Source: Azolla caroliniana
Lineage: Eukaryota; Plantae; Polypodiophyta
DNA: 64,000 bases
Reading direction: 5' to 3'
Assembly: GCA_043228905.1 (NCBI GenBank)
Contig: JBHGNT010000015.1
Location: 12,152,001 to 12,216,000, forward strand
In this document: positions 58,425 through 64,000 of the stretch, one piece after another
Position numbering within the stretch: the stretch's first letter is position 1
Layout: each line of letters begins with the position of its first letter
The notes under the pieces: generated by a model
What the model saw: the letters and a program-made list of their open reading frames with translations, nothing else
Database searches by the model: none
What the model was told of the DNA's origin: nothing
Made by a program: the position numbers and the translations under genes

Positions 58425-61400
58425 TTACTCTTCGCCTGCCGGCCCTTCCTCGGCCTCGGATCGGCCGTCGCTGCTGTCCAGGAGAATCAGGTCGGGTTCG
58501 TCGTCGTGCCGCTTCTTGAAAGCTTTGATCCTCTTCCCGGCCACGGGTATCGCTATTCTCGTACCGTCGAGTTCCGCCAGATGATACGTCCCGTTGTCGT
58601 TGGCGCTTTGTACCGTGTACGGCCCGAACCATCTCCGTGCGAACTTCCGCGTTGCTCGGTGCTGGTTGTCGAGGCTGCTGTCGTAGACGAGCACCCAGTC
58701 ACCTTGTTCGATCTTCTTCGGTCGGAGTCGGTGCGTTCGGTCGAACCTGGCTTTGTTCTTTATCCTCGCCACTCGGATCCTTTCTGCAGCCGTCTCCACG
58801 TCCTCCGGTCTCCGTTCGAGTTGTCGTATACGCGCTGCCAACAACTCCTCCCGGCTCATCTCGTCCCTCCAGTCGACCGTTGCCCATGAGGAGATTGTTC
58901 GTTCCATCGGCATGATCGGCCCCTGGCCGAACATGAGCTCTGTCGGCATGTACCCGGTTACCGAACTGTGCGTAGTCCGGTCGGCCCACAAAGCATAAGG
59001 TAGAAGTCGCGGCCAGTTACCGACTTGGCCTCCGCATGCCCGAACCAGCGCTTTAACGATCGGCCCGTGTCCGCGCTCCACCTTTCCATTCGCCTCCGGG
59101 TTGTACGCAGTGGTGAGCGAGAGTTTGACTCCCAGCCGATCGAACAGCTCCGCGGCTTCCTCGGCGTCCAACTCCCCTCGGTCAGCCACGATCTTCCCGA
59201 CGCACCCGTACCGGCATATCACGTCCTCGATCAGGAACCGACACACGGCCGCGGTCGTCTTGTTCTGAAGGGCTCGGCCTTCCACCTGGTTCGTCAGGTC
59301 TTCCCGCGCTAGGACCAGATACCGCATCTGTCCTACCCCCATCGGCATCGTCACCAGATCTACCATCCATTTGAAATGGATGGCCGGAGGGTACGTAGGG
59401 TGAAGCTCGTCTCGATGTCGGACTATGGAGTGCATCTGGCAGCTCTCGCAAGTTGTCACGAACCGATGCACGTCCTGGTACAATCCCGGCCACCAGTACT
59501 TCCCCTTCAGCTTCTCAAATGTCGCCCACGTTCCACGGTGTCCAGCCCAAGGGCTGTCGTGGTAGGCCGCCAGTAGCTCCTCCTGTTCTTCCTTCATCGC
59601 CACCACCCGGAGCGGGACGCCGTTCCTCTTCTTCGGGTGCTTCCACAAATGCCCATCTCGGAGAAAGAATCGATATGCTTTCTTCCGGATCCGGTTGGCC
59701 TCGTCCTTCGTCCATGACGCATCGGGCGTCATTGTCTTCAAAAACCCGCCGATCTGCAGCCACTCCCCGTCGTACTTGCTCGCGTCGAACTCATTAAGCG
59801 CCGGAGTGCTCATCCCGTCGGTCGTTATGTATGCCGCCTCGAAGAAATCCACGCCGACTTCTTCGTCTTCCGAAACCATGCCGCCCTCGTCGTCGAACCT
59901 CGCCCTCGAAAGCATGTCGGCCATGGCGTTGTCTTTCCCGGAAATGTGTCGTATTTCCGGGTCCAGGGACTTGATGTACGCTATCCACCTGAGCATCGCC
60001 AGGTCCGGAGTCGCGCATCCGGAAACCATACCGAGAATCGGCAGGCAATCCGTCTCGATGATCACTTCTGTCCCTATCAGGTAGTCTTTGTCGGCCTTAA
60101 CCGCCGAAACAATACCCCAGAGTTCGCGTTTAACCTGGGCGTATCCTTGCTGCCGTTCACTGAGGACTTTCGCGCCGAATCGGATCGGAAACCGATTGCC
60201 GTCCTCGTCTTCCTGGTTCACGACCCATCCGATCCCGGTCGGACTGGTATCCACCGTTATGAATACCGGGGTACCCTTCCCGTATACCGCCTTCCGGAGT
60301 GCCGGTGCCGCTGCAAGGGCCTCTTTCAGCTTCCGGACCGATTCCGCGTGCTCGTCTAGCCATTCGAACCTTCGCCCCTTTTTCAGCAACCCGTACAGTG
60401 GCTCCGCGACGTGTGCGTAATGCGGGATCCATATGTGGTAGAACGCGCATGCCCCCAGGAATCTCCGTACTTCCGTGACCGAGCTGCAGTCGGGCTTCAT
60501 CGCGGAGATGGCTTCTACCTTTGCCGGAGACGGTTTCCGGCCATATGGTCCGCACAGGTGTCCGACCACCATGATTTCTGACTGCCCGAAGGCCGACTTC
60601 TCCCCGGAGAAGGTGAGTCTCGCATCCTCTAGCCTTTGCAGCACCTTCTCGCAGTCGTCGATGTGCGCCGCCACGAATCGCCGGCATCCGTCCGGCCCGA
60701 TCGTCTCGTCCTTTTCTTCCACCGGGCATCCCTTGATCGGGATGTCGTCCAGAAACGGCATGGTGATGTCCGGGATACAGTCCCTCAGAACCTTGTTCAT
60801 CGCATTCACCATGTGGGCCACCGAGTTGGTCCCTCCTTGCGGCAGTGTACACATCCGAACTAGGCCGAGGGGAGTTCGCATCGTCGTAATGTCTCTGCTC
60901 TCCACGGCTAGCTGGAACTGGTCGTACCCTGAGTATAGATCCCCGACCGAGTAAATTGACCTTCCGGCGAAGGCCTCCGCGAACTCGTCTATGGTCGGTC
61001 CGATCCCTGCGTTCCGAATGGTCACTCGATTGACCGGCTGCAGGTCCTGGATGAAGCGCAACGAACCGTTTTTCTTCGGTACGGTAAACCATCGATTCGA
61101 ATATGGGGCGCTCGACGGCTCGAGAATTCCCATATCAACTTTCTGCCTCAGCAGCTCCATCAACTTCGGGATGTGAGCTCTCGGAACCGGGATTGGCTTG
61201 AGATTCCATGGTACATGCGGTACCGTGAATATCACCATCGGCTCCACGATCGTCGGGTCAACGCACCCGATTTCCTCCGGCGAGAATGCGAAGGCTTTCC
61301 TGTGCCTTCCGAGCATTCTCCGAAACCGGTCTTCCTCCGCCGGCAGTAGGAACCCGCCCCCACCGATTTTGAGCTCTCGGAGCGTCTCGTCGGTGAAGGT

Positions 61401-61922
61401 GTGTCCTATGCAGGCCGGATCTCGTAGACTAGGGTCCGATGCAACCCCTTTGATTCTCGACGCGCTGTCCTCCGGTAAGGGTGCCGCGACTGGCCTTACC
61501 TTCCGGTCCACAGTCTTGTACTTGGTGCTTACGTGGGCCGTCCGAACCGACTCGAGCCCTCGACCGAAGTCCGCGATGACTTCGTACATCTCCTCGGAAC
61601 ACACCGGTATCGTCCGGTCTTCGTTAAGGCCTTCTTCGACTACCTTTCCCAGCATTCCCAAGGTGTCGTCGAATGAGACCGCCTCCACGGCTCCGTTGAT
61701 TTCCTCGTCAGGGCCGAGAACTCCGCACGCTCGAAGTCTCCCCTCCGCCTTTGTCTTCTCTCGGCCGCCGATGCCGGCTATCGTACACGCTCCGCTGCCG
61801 GAGAACAAAAATTCCCTACCTATGGTACAAGGTTTCTTCGGTTTTATTGTACAGGTGTGGGGTTTTCCCGGGGTGTCCGGACTGTCGCGGCCCCACGCCT
61901 TGGCAGCCCTCTCTAAAAATCC
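58425..61922 (-). CDS. Gypsy Pol (RT-RNase H-integrase with GPY motif, no chromodomain), probably entered by -1 frameshift
   Basis: The frame is open from GGA at 61922 to the stop at 58425. DLYSGYDQ, LPQG, FLDD, DTSPTGIG, H-H-C-C zinc finger, ADRGE, ANGKVER, WFGPY. Confidence 0.93.
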   Translation of the reverse strand, partial: GFLERAAKAWGRDSPDTPGKPHTCTIKPKKPCTIGREFLFSGSGACTIAGIGGREKTKAEGRLRACGVLGPDEEINGAVEAVSFDDTLGMLGKVVEEGLNEDRTIPVCSEEMYEVIADFGRGLESVRTAHVSTKYKTVDRKVRPVAAPLPEDSASRIKGVASDPSLRDPACIGHTFTDETLRELKIGGGGFLLPAEEDRFRRMLGRHRKAFAFSPEEIGCVDPTIVEPMVIFTVPHVPWNLKPIPVPRAHIPKLMELLRQKVDMGILEPSSAPYSNRWFTVPKKNGSLRFIQDLQPVNRVTIRNAGIGPTIDEFAEAFAGRSIYSVGDLYSGYDQFQLAVESRDITTMRTPLGLVRMCTLPQGGTNSVAHMVNAMNKVLRDCIPDITMPFLDDIPIKGCPVEEKDETIGPDGCRRFVAAHIDDCEKVLQRLEDARLTFSGEKSAFGQSEIMVVGHLCGPYGRKPSPAKVEAISAMKPDCSSVTEVRRFLGACAFYHIWIPHYAHVAEPLYGLLKKGRRFEWLDEHAESVRKLKEALAAAPALRKAVYGKGTPVFITVDTSPTGIGWVVNQEDEDGNRFPIRFGAKVLSERQQGYAQVKRELWGIVSAVKADKDYLIGTEVIIETDCLPILGMVSGCATPDLAMLRWIAYIKSLDPEIRHISGKDNAMADMLSRARFDDEGGMVSEDEEVGVDFFEAAYITTDGMSTPALNEFDASKYDGEWLQIGGFLKTMTPDASWTKDEANRIRKKAYRFFLRDGHLWKHPKKRNGVPLRVVAMKEEQEELLAAYHDSPWAGHRGTWATFEKLKGKYWWPGLYQDVHRFVTTCESCQMHSIVRHRDELHPTYPPAIHFKWMVDLVTMPMGVGQMRYLVLAREDLTNQVEGRALQNKTTAAVCRFLIEDVICRYGCVGKIVADRGELDAEEAAELFDRLGVKLSLTTAYNPEANGKVERGHGPIVKALVRACGGQVGNWPRLLPYALWADRTTHSSVTGYMPTELMFGQGPIMPMERTISSWATVDWRDEMSREELLAARIRQLERRPEDVETAAERIRVARIKNKARFDRTHRLRPKKIEQGDWVLVYDSSLDNQHRATRKFARRWFGPYTVQSANDNGTYHLAELDGTRIAIPVAGKRIKAFKKRHDDEPDLILLDSSDGRSEAEEGPAGEE

Positions 61923-64000
61923 TCTCGGTTATCGGAACCGAGGGAGTCGCGGTTACGCTCGTGGTTCGGCCTAACCGTCAAAAACTGGACCGAATGGCGC
62001 CCGTCCTGGCTCTTGACCCGCGCATAGGCCGAACCATTGTCCAGCACCTTGGTCTCCATTCGCGCCGCCGTGATGTACGGCTCTCCCAGTATGACCGGAT
62101 GCGAGGACGTCTCCTGCACGAAGAAGTGCTGGTCAATCTCGACGTCGCCGATCTTGACTCGCACATTCGGACAGGCCCCGTGCAGTTCCTCGGTGGCGCG
62201 CGTTGCTGCCCTTATTTTCCACCCGTGCTTGGTGTTGATCGGCCATTTGCCCTTCTTATAGAAGTCCATGGACATCAAATTGATCTCCGATCCGTGGTCT
62301 ACCAAAGCTATCACCGGTTCCTGGACATCGCCGATCTTCACCGGGGTTTCCGTGGTCGCTCGGGCCCAGTGCGGTCTCGAATAGTGGCTTTCCGCCCACT
62401 CGTCTCCCAACGCCATGTCGTCTAGGTGCGTCGTCCGTACTTCCACCGGTCTTTCCGGTTCTATCTCCGTTGACAGCCTCTTCCGTTTCACCAAGTCCAC
62501 GATGGAGTCGTGGAACTCCTTCTTGGCGATTCCCAGCACCTCCCGTAGCGACAGCTCCACCTTGCTGTCGAGGATCCGTTCCTCCAGGACCTTTCGTAAG
62601 TCCGTGGTTCTTTCTATCTCCGTCCCCAGACGGTACCCGCCCTTCTGGGGTTTATCTTGCGTACCGGCCCCGCCGGCTTCGTCCCGTCGTGGCCCGGACC
62701 GGGTCTCGTATCGTTGTGAGGGCCCGGTCGTCCCGGGTTTCCCCACCCGCTTCTCTTCTACCAGAGCCTCGTAGTTCCGGCAAGCGGCTTCCACGAAGCC
62801 CGTCTTTTCCTCGACCGGGTCGCTCCACCCGGTCATCTCCCGTACCCGTTTCTCCGCACGGTCCGATTCCTCCCTCTTCATCCTCGTATCGGGAAGGCCT
62901 TCCAGCACCGTCGGCCAGAATCCGGCTTTGCTTCCTCTTCGGGCCTCGTTGCCCCCGACTCGAATACCGGCCGACGCCGAGTAGTGGACGGTTTCCGCAT
63001 GTCGGGCCGCCGCCTCTTCCATCAACCTCTTCATTCCGCCTCGCCCGTCGTTTCGGTTTAGGGCCCTTCTCGTGTCGTTGGCGTGAACCCGGCCTTCCCA
63101 TAGGTATACCACCCGGTTCTTCAGCGCCTCTGCGAAATCGCCGCAGTCTTTTCGGATGTGGCCGACCCCGTCGCACCACATGCACCTGTTCCCCGCCGCC
63201 GGCCGTCGGTCACGAGCAGGTCCTCCGCCTTCTCTGCGGGCTTGTGCGATTTGGAGGTCTTTTATCGCCCTCGTCAGTTCCTCCAACGCAGCTCCTCCAG
63301 TCGTGCCTCTGATCACGCCGGTCGGAGCTGAACCGGATTCCAGCCACTCCCGAGTCTCTTCCCTTCGCACCGGCTGCGCCGGCTCGAGTATCCTCGCCGC
63401 GACTGAGCCCGACCCGGTTGCTCTGTCATCCTCCCATTCTCGCCGTTTGTCGAAACGGCCGCAGGCTCTCTTGACCGCCGCCCAGTCGGCTGTCAGCCCG
63501 TCTTCGGTTTCTAGCAGGGCGCCCACGTGACTCCGATCCCTCTCGTCAACCGATTTGACGAACAGCAGGACCCGGCTTGTATCCAGGACCATCCTGTCAA
63601 GCGCCGAAAGGCGCGCGAAGTTCTCCTCGAACTCCCGGAGGAGTGCCGACGCATTCCTTCCTTTCCCGGGAGACTCCACCCACTCCATGAAGCTTCGCTT
63701 CGAAAGCCGGAGCGCGTCGTCCAGTCCGTATTTTTCCAGGAGCCGACCTTCGAACTCCTCCCAGGTACGGCTCTCCGCCCGCACCTCGAGCACCTCCGCG
63801 TGGATGCTCGGCATCGCCACTCGGGGAAAACCGGCAAGACGCCTGTCTTCCGGAATGTCCCGCATTAACATTTCCGCACCGTAGGACGCCAGGTACTTCG
63901 TGGCATCTTTTCCGGTGAATCGACCGATCGTTCCGACGACCGCCTCAATAGCTCTATCGAGGGCGCCGGTGCCCTCGCGCGCGCTTACTATCCGATCCAC
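61913..64000 (-). CDS. Gypsy Gag-protease ORF1 (5'-partial)
   Basis: 695 codons open; CMWCDGVGHIRKDC knuckle; LVDHGSEINL ... VILGEPYI aspartic-protease-like motifs; ends EDF*. Confidence 0.92.
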   Translation of the reverse strand: MDRIVSAREGTGALDRAIEAVVGTIGRFTGKDATKYLASYGAEMLMRDIPEDRRLAGFPRVAMPSIHAEVLEVRAESRTWEEFEGRLLEKYGLDDALRLSKRSFMEWVESPGKGRNASALLREFEENFARLSALDRMVLDTSRVLLFVKSVDERDRSHVGALLETEDGLTADWAAVKRACGRFDKRREWEDDRATGSGSVAARILEPAQPVRREETREWLESGSAPTGVIRGTTGGAALEELTRAIKDLQIAQARREGGGPARDRRPAAGNRCMWCDGVGHIRKDCGDFAEALKNRVVYLWEGRVHANDTRRALNRNDGRGGMKRLMEEAAARHAETVHYSASAGIRVGGNEARRGSKAGFWPTVLEGLPDTRMKREESDRAEKRVREMTGWSDPVEEKTGFVEAACRNYEALVEEKRVGKPGTTGPSQRYETRSGPRRDEAGGAGTQDKPQKGGYRLGTEIERTTDLRKVLEERILDSKVELSLREVLGIAKKEFHDSIVDLVKRKRLSTEIEPERPVEVRTTHLDDMALGDEWAESHYSRPHWARATTETPVKIGDVQEPVIALVDHGSEINLMSMDFYKKGKWPINTKHGWKIRAATRATEELHGACPNVRVKIGDVEIDQHFFVQETSSHPVILGEPYITAARMETKVLDNGSAYARVKSQDGRHSVQFLTVRPNHERNRDSLGSDNREDF

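Larger units (their letters stand above)
57658..64000 (-). mobile_element. Ty3/gypsy element G3, coding-intact within the window; 5' end lies beyond it
   Basis: 3' LTR 57658-58352, PPT and hairpin at 58353-58390, two uninterrupted ORFs. Confidence 0.93.

Overview
Eukaryotic land-plant nuclear DNA, inferred from a spliced RPL35 gene, tRNA-iMet/tRNA-Trp primer-binding sites (PBS) and telo-boxes. Two nested LTR-retrotransposon piles (about 0.4-37.1 kb and 43.1-64 kb) flank a small gene island holding a 4-exon 60S ribosomal protein L35 gene (+) and a convergent intronless gene for an organelle-targeted S1-domain protein (-). About 17 insertions can be resolved from LTR ends, PBS, polypurine tracts (PPT) and target-site duplications (TSD). 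They include five Ty1/copia families (labelled A-E here; tRNA-iMet PBS, 5-bp TSD where both ends survive), among them one intact young Tnt1-like element at 18920-24356. They also include an unusual Ty3/gypsy lineage with a tRNA-Trp PBS, 4-bp CG-centred TSDs, Gag+protease in ORF1, a putative -1 frameshift at G GAU UUU into RT-RH-IN, and no chromodomain. This lineage has apparent dependants: a Pol-less element with a ~1040-codon Gag/low-complexity reading frame, and AT-rich LTR-type insertions carrying tRNA-like Pol III A/B boxes. Across nearly all LTR families, copia and gypsy alike, the TATA box sits in the loop of a short inverted repeat whose stem sequence differs by family. All coordinates and mismatch counts were read by eye; no database search was run.
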